Positions 1 to 12,620 of a DNA stretch of 64,000 nt are shown here, piece by piece. The stretch's first letter is position 1; each line of letters starts with the position of its first letter. Position numbers and translations under genes: made by a program. The DNA lies in the NCBI RefSeq assembly GCF_009914755.1, contig NC_060939.1; one strand, written 5' to 3'. The stretch is from the human T2T-CHM13v2.0 reference genome, Homo sapiens. The notes beneath the pieces were generated by a model. That model did not search any database and was not told the DNA's origin. It was given only the letters and a program-made list of their open reading frames with translations.

Positions 1-1015
1 TAAAGAGCTTCTGCACAGCAAAAGAAACTATCAACAGAATAAACAGACAACTTACAGAATGGGGAAAAATATTTACAAACTATCCGACAATGGTCTAATA
101 TCCAGAATCAATAATGAACTTAAATAGCACCCTTAACTTTGGGAGGCCAAGGCAGGAGGATCACTTGAGCTGAGGAGTTCAAGATCAGCCTGGCCAACAT
201 AGCGAGACTCTGTCTCTATTTAAAAAAAAAGGCAGACACTTCTCAAAAGAAGACTTACACAAAGCCAAGAGACATATTTTAAAAATGCTCAACATCACTA
301 ATCATCAGAGAAATGCAAATTAAAACCACAATGAGATACCATCTTATACCAGTCAGAATGGTTATTATTAAATTTTTTTTAAAGCCAGTTTTTTTTGGTG
401 ATATTGCAGAGAAAAGGGAACACTTATATACTGTTGGTGAGATTGTACATTAATTCAGCCCCTGTGGAAAGCAGTTTGGAGATTCCTCAAAGAACCAAAA
501 ATAGAATTACCATTTGAGCCAGCAATTGCATTACTGGGTGTATACCCAAGGAAAAATAAATCATTCTACCAAAAAGACATCTGCACTTGCATGTTTATTA
601 CAGCACTATTCACAATAGCAAGGTCATGGAATCAACCTAGGTGTCCATCAACAGTGGATTGGGTAAAGAAAATTTGCTACGTATACATCATGGAATACTA
701 TGCAACCATAAAAAGGAATGAAATCATGTCCTTTGCAGCAACATGGATGTAGCTGGAGGCCATTATTCTAAGTGAATTAACAAAGAAGTAGAAAACAAAA
801 TACCACATGTTCTCACTTATGGGTGCTAAAAATTGGGTACACACAGACATAAAGATGGCAACAATAGGCAGTGGGGACTCTAAAAGGAAGGAGAGAGTGA
901 GAGGAGAAGGGTTGAGAAACTCCCTGTTGAGTACCATCTTCACTATTTGGGTTATGGGTTCAATAGAAGCCTAAACCTCAGCATCATGCAATATATCCCT
1001 GCAACAAACCTTCAC
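1..1015 (+). mobile_element. LINE-1 3' portion (end of ORF2 plus 3'UTR), older primate family (L1PB/L1MA grade); runs off the left edge
   Basis: Typical L1 ORF2-end motifs: aaagagcttctgcacagcaaaagaaactatc, atcagagaaatgcaaattaaaaccacaatgagatacc, ggaatactatgcaaccataaaaaggaatgaaatcatgtcc. 3'UTR ends near 1015. Confidence 0.93.
127..230 (+). mobile_element. Alu monomer fragment (FLAM-like) interrupting the L1
   Basis: ctttgggaggccaaggcaggaggatcacttgagctgaggagttcaagatcagcctggccaacatagcgagactctgtctct followed by an A tract. Confidence 0.85.
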
Positions 1016-1059
1016 ATGTTGTTTCAGTGACACACTTTACAAATACTTATGAATGCAGT

Positions 1060-1812
1060 TTTTAAAAACAGTTTTATTGAAATATTATATAATTCACATA
1101 CACAAAAATTCACCTTTTTAAGTTGTATAATTCAATTGTTTTTTGTACATTTACAGAGTTGTGGTACCCTCACCATTATCTACTTTTAGAACACTTTTTT
1201 ACCACACCCAAAAGAAATTTCATATCTATTGGCTATCACATATCCATTCTTAGTACCCCCAATCCATGGACACCGCTAATCTGTATTGTCTCTATGGCTT
1301 TGCCTATTCCGGACATTTCATATAATAGAATACATGATGGAATTATATTAAATATAGAATATTTTTATATGATAAGAATTATGTAGAATTATATGATATA
1401 TGGCCATTTGTGTCTGGCCTCTTTCTTAGCATCATGTTTTTAAAGTTCGTCCATGTTATAGCGTGTATCTGTATTGCATTCCTTTTTATGGTTAAATAAT
1501 ATTTCATTGAATCAATATGCCACATTTTATTCATTCATTGGTTGATAGACACTTGGGTTTCACTTTTTGACTATTATAAATGGTGTTGCCGAGAACATTT
1601 ATTTATTTCTCCTTTGTCGCTTTTGCTTTTGGTGTCATATCTAAGAACCCATTGCCTAACTTAAGGCTATAAAGATTTATGTTTTCTTATGAGAGTTTTA
1701 TAAGTTTTAGATCTTAAATTTAGGTCTATGATCCATTTCCACTTAAGTTTTCTTGTGAGATCAGGTCCAAATTTACTCGTTTACATATTTTTATCTAGCT
1801 GTTCCAGCACCA
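1060..1812 (-). mobile_element. Old LINE-1 3' end (L1MB-like), degraded
   Basis: Antisense L1M 3'UTR and ORF2-end motifs: ttttattgaaatattatataattcacata, ctatggctttgcctattccggacatttcatataa, ttttgcttttggtgtcatatctaagaacccattgcc. Confidence 0.8.
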
Positions 1813-2929
1813 TGGATGAATTGTTGTGGCTCTACAGATGTGATTATATATTTAATGGTCACCATACCTGTTTGAGCAGATACTTACCCTTTACCAAATT
1901 CTTTCATAAGTTTTACATTAAGTATACTATTTTCCAAGTGAAAGTTTATGAGAAACATGGATGCATTAATTTCTTGTATGTAACTTATGTGGCCTTAGAA
2001 ATTGACATAAGAAATTTGGCCTTGTCTGCAACTAGGAAAGAAGACCCCTATTAAAATCCCAAAGGCTAATAATCTCTCTTTCAGCATTTGGTTCTCAGAG
2101 AATCAACCTGAGACATCTCCAGTGAGGGGATAGGACCTCTCAGTGGACAGGCTTAGACATGGTCAAGCACAATTAGGAGCCCATCATCTCTGTGGCAGGC
2201 CCACTCAGAAGATGAAGAGGAGAGGAAGGCTTCAGCTATGCCTGTCCTGTTTCTCCTTCCAAAATCACCAAGAGTAGAGTGGAAGATTGGAGGGAGACCA
2301 GGATTGTAATGCTAACAGATAATCTCTTGTATAAAAGGAAACATAAGAGGTAGAGAATAAGCACGTTCCCTAAATCATGTACCAAATACCTCAGGCAAGG
2401 TGGCAGGCTCTGGTGCAGGTCTTAATTTTTTCCTGCCCACCTCTCCACTCCAGAGTACTGGAGTACTCTGCACTCCAGTACAGAAAAATCTGTACTGAAT
2501 ACAGATTATTCAGTAAGAACAATCTGACACCCATCTTGTTCACCTATGATGTTAAGATGAGGGATTCCCACAAACACACTGATAGAGTTAGGCTTTGTGT
2601 CCCCACCCAAATCTCACCTTGAATTATAATCCCCATAATCTCCATGTGTCAAGGGAGAGACCAGGTGGAGGTAATTGAATCATGGGGGTGATTTTCCCCA
2701 AGCTCGTTTCATGAAAGTGAGTGAGTTCTTATGAGATCTGATGGTTTTATAAGTGTTTGGTAGTTCCTCCTGCATTCATTCTTCTTCCTGCCACCTCGTG
2801 AAGAAGGTGCCTTGCTTCTCCTTTGCCTTCCACCACAACTGTAAGTTTCCTGAGGCCTCCACAGCCAGGTTGAACTATGGTCAATTAAAACTTTTTCCTT
2901 TATAAATCACCTAGTGTCGGGCAGTTTTT

Positions 2930-3528
<599 letters not shown>

Positions 3529-3949
3529 TCAGGCAGTTCTTTATAGTAACGGATGAATACACATGCTACAATTGTTTCTTCATTGTAATGCTTTTTGTAC
3601 AAACAGTCACCTCAGGTGATGTGTCCTTCTTTCCTTTCACCCAATGAGCAATTGACTTGCCATGTGCTCAAAGCAAAGGAGAACTTTGTTAGGAAACTTA
3701 TTTTTTTCTTAAACCACTGTAGGCAAAGGACATTATTGCTGACTGTTTGAACTAAATATACTCTAAATTTTGGATGAAAATTCATGGCAATTCTATTTTT
3801 AGCTGAGAATTCACTTCTGGGACCTACAAAATGACATTTTTGGCTCTACTTTCTATGGAGCAAAAATAAATACTTCATTAACATTTGCAAGCAGTTTCTT
3901 TGCATCCACGGTCTGATGGAAATGACTTGGGAGCCAGAAAATGTGAAAT

Positions 3950-4085
3950 GAATTTCTACCTCTGTTATTGATTTTGTGTGTAATCTTAGAGAGAACTCCT
4001 AAGTTCCCTGAAGTTACTTCCTCTACCTGTAAAATGGGGACAATGATCTTGTAAATATTTGCTTCATTGCACAGTTTACTATATA
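3950..4085 (+). mobile_element. MIR fragment
   Basis: Resembles the MIR core: gtgtaatcttagagagaactcctaagttccctgaagttacttcctctacctgtaaaatggggacaatga. Confidence 0.65.
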
Positions 4086-5099
4086 TGATTTTTTTTAAAA
4101 AGTCAGTAGTGAGAAGGGTGCAATTAAGTTGCTCAGTTAATTTCATATAAATGGAAGTTTTTATGATAAACATATTTCTGAAAATTATATTTATATAAAT
4201 ATTTGTTATAAATATTTGTTTAAATTTTTGTCATATTTGTTACAAAATATAAATCACTCTTTTTCATTTTCAAAATGTTAATGTGTCCACATTAAAAATT
4301 ATTGATTTTAGCACATAATAGCAGTTGTTAAATTACATTTTTAGCAACTTGGCTTTCTCATAAATCAGATGTATTCTTATTTCCAAAATTTCAGTGCAAC
4401 CATTTTTAAATAACTTCTAGGTTGCAGCAGACTTTTGCTATATTTGATTTTGTGTTTGAGAATAGCATAATAACATGATAGCCATTATGCAGTTCTACAA
4501 TGTAAAAGCCCGTGAAAACAGACACATTTGGAGGTGGTTTTAGGATCTTTAAATATTTTTTAATTCAAAAAATAAGCTATTTTATGTCTTCTTTAGATAG
4601 CAAGCCCATCATTTCAACTAATGAAAAGATTCCAAGTTTGCACGGATTTTAAGAAACACATCTGTCATAAGACCAGGGCACACTCTACTCTAAAGTCACA
4701 AAAATGAAAACATTTCAGATTGCTTGCTGGATACTTGGGAGCAGGAGAGTCTTTTTAGATACAGCATATAGCTCTAGTTCTTTCAAGTCAACTTTCATTA
4801 TAAAGATACCCAGCGTATAAAAGAAAAGCTCTTGATTATTTCCTCAACCATATTGTAGCATTTATGCATTGAAACTGAAGAGGTTTATTTTGGCTCCACT
4901 TTCATTTTATGATATTCAGAGATTGAGCAGAGTTCTTCATTCTGCATATTCTTTTAATTATGTTACTAAGTGGGTGTTTAGGCTAACCTTGTTTTTGCAG
5001 AAATAATGGTAGCAGGGCCACTCCAAGGGACTTCATTCCCCTCACAAAGCAGCTCATAGAGTAGATGACAGTCAAGTGGAGGCTATGTTGCTTGTTCAG

Positions 5100-5550
5100 C
5101 AGTCATTCTCAAATACAGAAGCAGATTTATTGGGGCTCTCCCATATTATTTAACTGGTTGGGGAGGTGATCTGGGAGTTTGAATTTAAAGAAAAAAAACC
5201 CCAATTCCCTTCCATTAATTAGCCTTCTCTTACCAGCAGCAGGAAAGTCAGCTCAATTCAGCCTCCATCCCTGACTTCCATCAGCCACAGAAGGCCCAAC
5301 CCCAGTCTCAGATCTACTCCACTCCAGCGCTATAGTTGTAGCAGGAGTTTTCCTGCTCATCCACTTCTACCCTTTAATATAAAATAAACTATCAATCCAA
5401 ACCTTCACATTATGTCTAGGGGCTATTACTAACCCTAGACATAGGGGTAGTAATTGAGATTATTTATAGTAATCTGTGCTATAACACAAAATGTTATCAA
5501 CAAAATCTTTTCAGGTGGTTCTGATATCAAGCCACATGTGAGAATTACTG
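5100..5550. mobile_element. Degraded hAT-Charlie-type DNA transposon remnant (MER5/MER20-like)
   Basis: cagtcattctca at 5100 and tgagaattactg at 5539-5550 form imperfect terminal inverted repeats. caggtggttctgatatcaagccacatgtgagaattactg resembles a MER5 end. No TSD seen. Confidence 0.4.
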
Positions 5551-6465
5551 CCTTAGTTTCTTGAAGGCCTCCTAGATTCAGGGCCAATGTCACTCTGTGT
5601 AGTTTCTGTGTTACCCTGCAGTTCCAATGTCAATGTTCTGAATGCCCAGTCTGGGCTTTATGTGGGCTTCTTTCCTACCTGGACATGGTACTTGTACACA
5701 GTACCATGGTACCCCGTATTTGTACACAGCTGTTGCTTGGTCTCTTCACTTCCTTTTCATTTGTGTTATAAATACCGTATTTATTTTTCCCAATTATGAT
5801 GTAGCATGGAAGAATTTGAGATTTAGGCCAGCATCCAAGTACTTAGTCCACTTATTAATTTGTTCTTTCAAAGTCTGTCAAGTACATAATATGTATTCCA
5901 GCAGGTACATTTATTACATACATGAGAATGCGGAGGAGGAGACACCCAACATCAGCAAATCTCTTCTACATCACACAGAGATGTTAAAGTGGGCAAGGTA
6001 GAAAGGGGATAAAAATCAACTAAAAACCAAACCCAAAACAATAAATGCCGGATGACAGAAAGGTATCTTATTCATTCTTGATCCCCTTAACCTCTTACAC
6101 ATTCTTTATCCCCTTAACCTCTTACCAGTATAGGTTGTACATATTCACCAGTTAATGTTGTATTTCTTATTTTTTTTAAAAAACTGTCACCTTCATTATT
6201 GAAGTTTATTTCAAATTCCTAATTCAAAATGCCTGGGAAATATTAATATCAAGCAGACATTTGGAGGTCATTCCTTAAAAACTACCAGACTGAGTAGCTC
6301 TGACTTCACTATGTTCTGCATCCTGCATATAATTATATTCTTCAGGACATTAACTGAAAATTATTTTCAATTTAAGTCATCCTTTTATGTCTTCAAAATA
6401 GAATGCTCAGATAGGAATCTTATTGTATAATTTTGTTTCTTCCGTAATATGCCACTCTTCCTATT

Positions 6466-6752
6466 TTTTTTTTTCTTTGAGACAGGGTCTTTCTCTGTCA
6501 CCCAGGCTGGACTGCAGTGTTGCAATCATGGCTCACTGCAGCCTTGAATTCAGATCTGGGCTCAAGAAATCTTCCTAACTCAGCCTCCTGAAGAGCTGGA
6601 ACTACAGCTGCATTTTTTTTTTTTAACTTTTTTGTAGAGATAGAGGTCTTGCTATGTTGCCCACGCTGGTCTTGAACTCCTGGCCTGAAGAGATTCTCCC
6701 ACTTTGGCTTTCCAAAGTGCTAGGATTATAGGCATGAACCACCGTATCAGAC
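6466..6752 (-). mobile_element. AluJ with a small internal deletion
   Basis: AluJ-type motifs (gacagggtctt, gctcactgcagccttga, gggctcaag, tcttgctatgttgccca). Perfect 14-bp TSD ccactcttcctatt at 6452-6465 and 6753-6766. Confidence 0.92.
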
Positions 6753-7929
6753 CCACTCTTCCTATTAACTGTGTTGCTGACTGTAATATTAATAATAGAG
6801 CTTGAGATTAAAGTGAAGTGTGAATATGATGACTGCTGAATTGAAATTAAATTCTGGTTCAGTTAAATTAGCTAATATATTGACTAAGCTGCCCACAATC
6901 TAGACTTCTTGAGAGCTTGTTCAGCATCAGTCCCTCAGGGCCAAAAGTTGTCTCATCAGCACGTTGGCTGTGGGGAAAGTCTTATTTTCTTTCCTTCTTA
7001 TAGATACGCCCCTGCTGAATTGAATGGCACTCCCTTTATTCCATGGATAATGAGATGTGTTTATCACAACAGCTTATTGGAAATAAAAAAGCCACACATT
7101 TGAAACTAAAATTATAATTAAAGGAAAAAAAGAAAAGACAGCTTCTGCACACAGTGCCAAAAATTCAAGGGACCAATCCTTGGAGGACAGAGATATCAGG
7201 ATTCAGATTTGATGAGTAATTTTCCTAGGCTACGTGGCACCAAAAACATCATCTGACACACATCTTCCTTTGATTTCCACTTAGGTTTAATGGTTGAATA
7301 ATCATGGCTCATAAGTTTATCTTTAATAACATTCACAGCAGACAATTTATTAGCAGATTCTGTAGGCTGCAGGGTTGTCATTTGCTGTTATAGTGATTGT
7401 CTGTTTTAAATATCACAGCTGTTGGTGTTTTTGTTTATTTATTCATGATTTGATTCCTGCCTCTCCCACATTTCTGACACTCAAAGGCAGGCTATTCTCT
7501 TTTGCTCTTTGAATTGTGAAAGACTGCTGTGACAGCCCCTAGCCCGGGCCGTGGAGTGTCACACAAGGTCCTATGGTACTGAACAAAAAGCCACGTCTTC
7601 CTGAATCAGGCAGAGCTCTTTATGAGAGCGGAGCCTTCTGGTGGGGGGCTTTCTCTGTCAGTGAGTGGCGGGCATGAATGGAATCCTATCAGGGGCTCTG
7701 GGCCAGTGAAGACCCTTCTTCATGTGTTTCTTGGCCGGGAGAGTGGAACCAAGAGGAAAAATGCAAATGCCTAGGCCTTACTTTCCTGTGCAAAATTAGA
7801 CGCCACTGTGAATAAACATAGGAAGCACTGTAATCTGGAGTTTCTAAATTCAGCTGAAAAGAGAACTTGGTCATTATACATAGCACCTTTCATTGAGTTG
7901 TTGGGGGACAGGCTTGCATTGAAGAGATG

Positions 7930-8050
7930 ACATTATTTCATTTGTCTTCAAAAAGGCCCTGTGAGGCAGGGTGTCTATAGAGTGATACTATTTTATAAAG
8001 AGAAAATTAGGGGTCTAGCAAGCATTACTAGTCTCTTGATTTCTGATTTA
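7930..8050 (-). mobile_element. MIR fragment
   Basis: tttcatttgtcttcaaaaaggccctgtgaggcagg...ctattttataaagagaaaattagggg resembles the antisense MIR core. Confidence 0.5.
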
Positions 8051-9249
8051 GCTCTGTCATGGGACTGGTGTCCTCATATTCACAGCATGACCTGGAATGA
8101 GGCAGGGAAGGCTGCTGCTGCTAGGCAGCTCATCTGGGGAGCTTGGACATGCCTCAACTAGCAAAATCCTCCTCCTCTCCCCTGAGGAAACATGCTATGC
8201 TCCCCAGATCCCCTGGGTAAATAAAACAGCACCCTTACCTGATGGCTAAGAGGGATACAAAGTCTGCTATTCCACAAATTAAGCTTGTAACGTGCATTCC
8301 CCAGATGGAGGGCAAGTAGTGACTGAAATTCACTTTGAAATGTTAATCACTAACCTCATTTAATTTCCTATGAGCAGGCTTGGATCCCTGGGAGGCCACT
8401 GGAAGCAGGGGGAAGAAATATGTAAAAGGAGAAGAATGAGGAAGGAATACAGGAGTCACCTCTCACTCATTTGTTAACCTTTCTAGGGACATATTTTGCT
8501 CACACACCCTGGAAGATACCTACCCGTTTCTTGCCAAATTCAGCAAAAAGGAGATTCAGGAGATTTCTATAACTCCTGTTGCTTTGGGAAAAGGGATGCC
8601 ACAGTCTCGAAAGAGGCAATAGTCCTCCCCTTTACTACTATTAACAGAGTTTGTCCTCCCTACCTTTGAGTAAGTGCTTTTGTACAGTAACAGTAAGAGC
8701 TAACATGCAATCATATTTCAGAAGTTGATGATGAGTGCTGAGGATTATGAAGCCCTTTAATTTTACTGTTTCTTTGCTAATATCTTTATAAAAATAACTA
8801 GTGCCAGAAAATGGTATCAATTACTAAGCAGAGCCAACTCCAGGGCTTAGCACGGCAAGCCTTTCCACCTGGCTGGCTCTGACGTACTCTCCAGTGTAAG
8901 GCTGAAATCAGATAATGATATTTTTTTGAACAGGTGAGATACTCCCTCACAGCACCTGTCATAAATTAGTTTCAGTATCAGTATCAACATTCACACATGT
9001 AGGTAGCTTAGTGGTTACCAAACTCTCTCCCCGAAAAACCCTGAGTCAGTAAGCTGGGTGTCAATGTTCTGAGGCTGAAATAAAATAGTCATTGTCTACA
9101 TAATATAAGTTTAATACATATCATGCTAATTTAACAAATATGGTTTTTGTTTTAAGTGTTTTTTTTTGCCCATAAATTGTTATTAAGCCTTTGGTACTTG
9201 ATGATGATTGCCTGCTAATGAATATTGCCCAATATTTATCCATTTAAAG

Positions 9250-9968
9250 TATTTGTTGAATCCATCATAAAATTTTTTGGCTGTACTTCGATATATTTAT
9301 CATCCAACTAATTTCCATCATGGCCACACCTACTACCTTGGTCTGAGCCACCAGATTATGGCAACCACCCCGAACAGGTCTCTTTACTGCTTCTGTGTTT
9401 GCCACCATGTAGTGGCCACATGGCAGCCAGAGTGAGCCTGTAAAAATGTAGCTCAGATGATGTGGCTCTCGTTCAAAACTCTACAGTGGCTCCCCATTTC
9501 ACTGTGGAGGGAAGCACAAGTCTTTATCATAGCTTGCAAGGCCCTCCCTGGCCTGGTCATCCTGGCCTTGCCTACTCCTCTTGCTTGCACTCACACTGCC
9601 CCAGGCACCTTGGCTCCCTGGCTGCTTTTTGACATGACAGGCAAGCTTGCACCTAGGGATAGTGCCCTATTTTTCTGCCTGGAATGTTTAGCACCCAGAT
9701 ATGTGGTTTGTTGAAATCATTAGTTTTTTCAAGTTTTTGCTCAAACCTCACATTCACAGTGCAACCACTCTGCTTAATTCTACAACCTGTTTCTAACTCC
9801 CATTCCCCCTTATCCTGCTCTGCTTCTCTCCATTGCATCTATCACCTTCTAGCCTTTTAGCCTGCTAGAATTAGCATGTAAGTACTTTAAGAATGAGAAT
9901 CTTAATCTTTTGTTTACTAGATCTCATGATTTCCAGTAAGTGCTCCAGGAATATTTGTTGAATAAATG
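9250..9968 (+). mobile_element. LINE-2 3' fragment
   Basis: L2-like motifs: aaaactctacagtggctccccatttcactg, ttctgcctggaatgt, agtaagtgctccaggaatatttgttgaataaatg. Confidence 0.75.
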
Positions 9969-10145
9969 TCTATTATGTGCCCAAATCTATTTTTCTCAAG
10001 ATACAAGAATTAACAAGACACGGGTACTTGGTAATAGTTTAGTGGGGAAGACACACAATTAAGAGGATACAAGAAAACAGGATCACAAAATAGCAGGTGC
10101 ATAATAATGGCAAAAATTACTAGGAGACAATTGAACTAAGTTTAA

Positions 10146-10147
<2 letters not shown>

Positions 10148-10179
<32 letters not shown>
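10148..10179. repeat. (TG)16 microsatellite
   Basis: Perfect TG run read directly from the sequence. Confidence 0.97.
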
Positions 10180-10180
<1 letters not shown>

Positions 10181-10919
10181 ATGTGCATTATACTAATGGT
10201 TATATCATTCTGCATCACATTGTTATATTTTTTACCATAAAATGGTTCCTCTAATGCAATTCAGTACATCAGTATTCATTTTGGTCTCCAAGGACCACTA
10301 TGACTTTCAGGTGCTCCACCTCTGGGGAAATTTAGGAATTGCTTTTTGATCGTGTGGTGGTTTTCAAAGGGCGTTCACGTATATTTTTCTCACCTAATCC
10401 TCAGAACAACCTTCAAATGTAAGTATATGTGTTATCTTCTTTAAGATGTTTTTCTTCTTTTGACTTTGAAGCACTAAGTGATGGAGTTTAAGGTAATTTT
10501 GTAAGTTAGGAGACAGATTCCTATATGTCTCATTTGTTAGTGGTGTGGCTGCTACCCTGTGTTCATTCTTTCTTCTTTTTTTCCCCCAATTTCAATCCAC
10601 CATTATGGGTCTTTCTCTCAAGGTAAGAATAAATTCTGCAATAATTGCTAGGAGTGGGAAAAGTGCATCTTAACAGAAATTTTTGTTTTCTTACTGTGCA
10701 GTCAGTTTGACCCTGGACATTAGATCATCTTCTCTTTCAATTCCATGGACATTTATTCTGTAAGTATTAATAGGCATGGCCTAAATATCTGTAGGAGATA
10801 CAAAGATGAATAAAACAACATTCTTACTTCAACGGTTTGTTGTCGAGGAGAGGTGTCGATGTCAATCTGTAGCAGTGGTGAAATGCACTGTGTGTGTGCA
10901 CGTGCGTGCACATGTTTAA

Positions 10920-11470
10920 TATTTCAATAAACTTTTCATTTTAGAATATATTTAGATTTATAGGATAGTTGTGAAGATAGTACTGAGACTTTCAATATAC
11001 CCTACACCCAATTTCCCCTATTATTAACATATTGCATTATCATGTACATATTAAAGCTGATGAAACCAATATTGATACACTATTGTTAAAGTCTATACTA
11101 TGTTCAAATTTTTTTGTCTTAATTTTTTCTCTGTTCCAACTCATCCAAAATACCACATTACATTTAGTGATCTTATCTTTTTAGGCCCCTCTTGGCTATG
11201 ACAGTTTCTTAAACTTTTCTTGTTTTTCATGACCTTGACAGTTTTGAGGATTAATGGTCAGATATTTTGAAGAATGCCTCCTAAGTGTGATTTGCATAGT
11301 GTTTTTCTCATGAGTAGACTGAGGTTATGGGTTTTGGGGAAGAAGACCAAACAGGTAAAGTGACATTTTCATCACATCAGGTGTACATGCTATCAACATG
11401 AGTTATCACTATTGATGCCAACCTTGATTATCTGACTGAGGTCATACTTTCAGGTTTTTCCACTGTAGTC
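10920..11470 (-). mobile_element. Old LINE-1 3'UTR (L1MC-like)
   Basis: ttttagaatatatttagatttataggatagttgtgaagatagtactgagac...cacccaatttcccctattattaacat...catgaccttgacagttttgagga matches the L1MC 3' end as I recall it. Confidence 0.7.
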
Positions 11471-12309
11471 CATGTGATATACAATATTCAATCCACTGAA
11501 TATTTGCATATGGAAGATTTCCTTCCGTTAAGTTTTAAAAAGTGGCTGACTCCAGTTGGAAATTTTAGTTAGGGGATTTATAATTTTTTCCTTTGTAATT
11601 ATGTGATGAATATGTTTAATGCACAATTTGAGTAATCTTTGACTATATTTTTAATTATTTTCTTATTACAGTATCTGTGTCAAGCTTATAGTATCTGTGT
11701 CAAGGTGGGTTGAATTATATGCTCTAAAATCACAGAGTTTACTGTCTTCCCTGTTTGAAAACTAAGGCAACTAGACTGAAGTCTCTGAAAGAATACAATA
11801 TGACGTACTGTTCTTCCACCTATAAGATTCCATGAGTCTGATTTTTGGCTACTTCTAGTTTTTAAAAATGAATTATTATATTTTATACAACTAGGTATAT
11901 GTATAAATGAGACATATATATTCCTTAATGTGCATAATACCAACTTAGACTAGGACCCTACACAAATTAATTAAAATTTAAATATCCTTAGAAACTGAAT
12001 ACATTATTAAGCTTGATATTGCAATTGACATGTAAAGTATAATTCATTAAGGAAGAATTTGAAAAAACATTTTGGGGTTGGCAAATGGAACTTGAATGCA
12101 AGCTTATGTGATTCTTTCAGTCAAGTTATATATAAACATGGTTGTATAAGGTCTAAAATATGAGGTAACAGTCAATAACACATGCCCGCCATTCAATCCA
12201 AGCTCTAAAAGGCAGGCTTTGGAAATATGAAGTGATTCCTCCAGCATAGTTCATGTTGCTTTTGACTGCTATTGTAGTGAGACTCATTTTAACCCTATTA
12301 TTGAGCTAA

Positions 12310-12620
12310 GAAATAGAGAACTTGGATGGGATCCAGAGGAAATGAGATAAAACAACAACAACAACAAAAGCAATTAGAGGGTTGACTGGGAAACAGAACT
12401 TATTGAGGTTGTTGAGTTTGGAGCAGTCTGAGGAGATAATAATGGCGGCTTCTAACTGTGTAGGTGAGACTTTGGTATAACTAACTGTGTGTACCTTACT
12501 TCAGCATCCACCTAGGAAGAGGCACACTTACATGAGTATGGATTTGCTTTGGTCATTGAAAAGATATTATGGGTTGTGAAAGAGCTGCAATTTGTTATCA
12601 ACGCTAGGATACATCATAGC
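12310..12620 (+). mobile_element. Possible L3/CR1 LINE fragment
   Basis: gagaacttggatgggatccagagga...attagagggttg...gttgttgagtttggagcagtctgaggagataataatggcggcttc loosely follows the CR1 RT 3' region. Confidence 0.4.

Noticed and set aside
7196-7381. 61-aa ORF in unique sequence (also the 144-aa ORF at 45027)
   Set aside because: No recognisable homology, splice context or promoter, and the lengths are within chance expectation.
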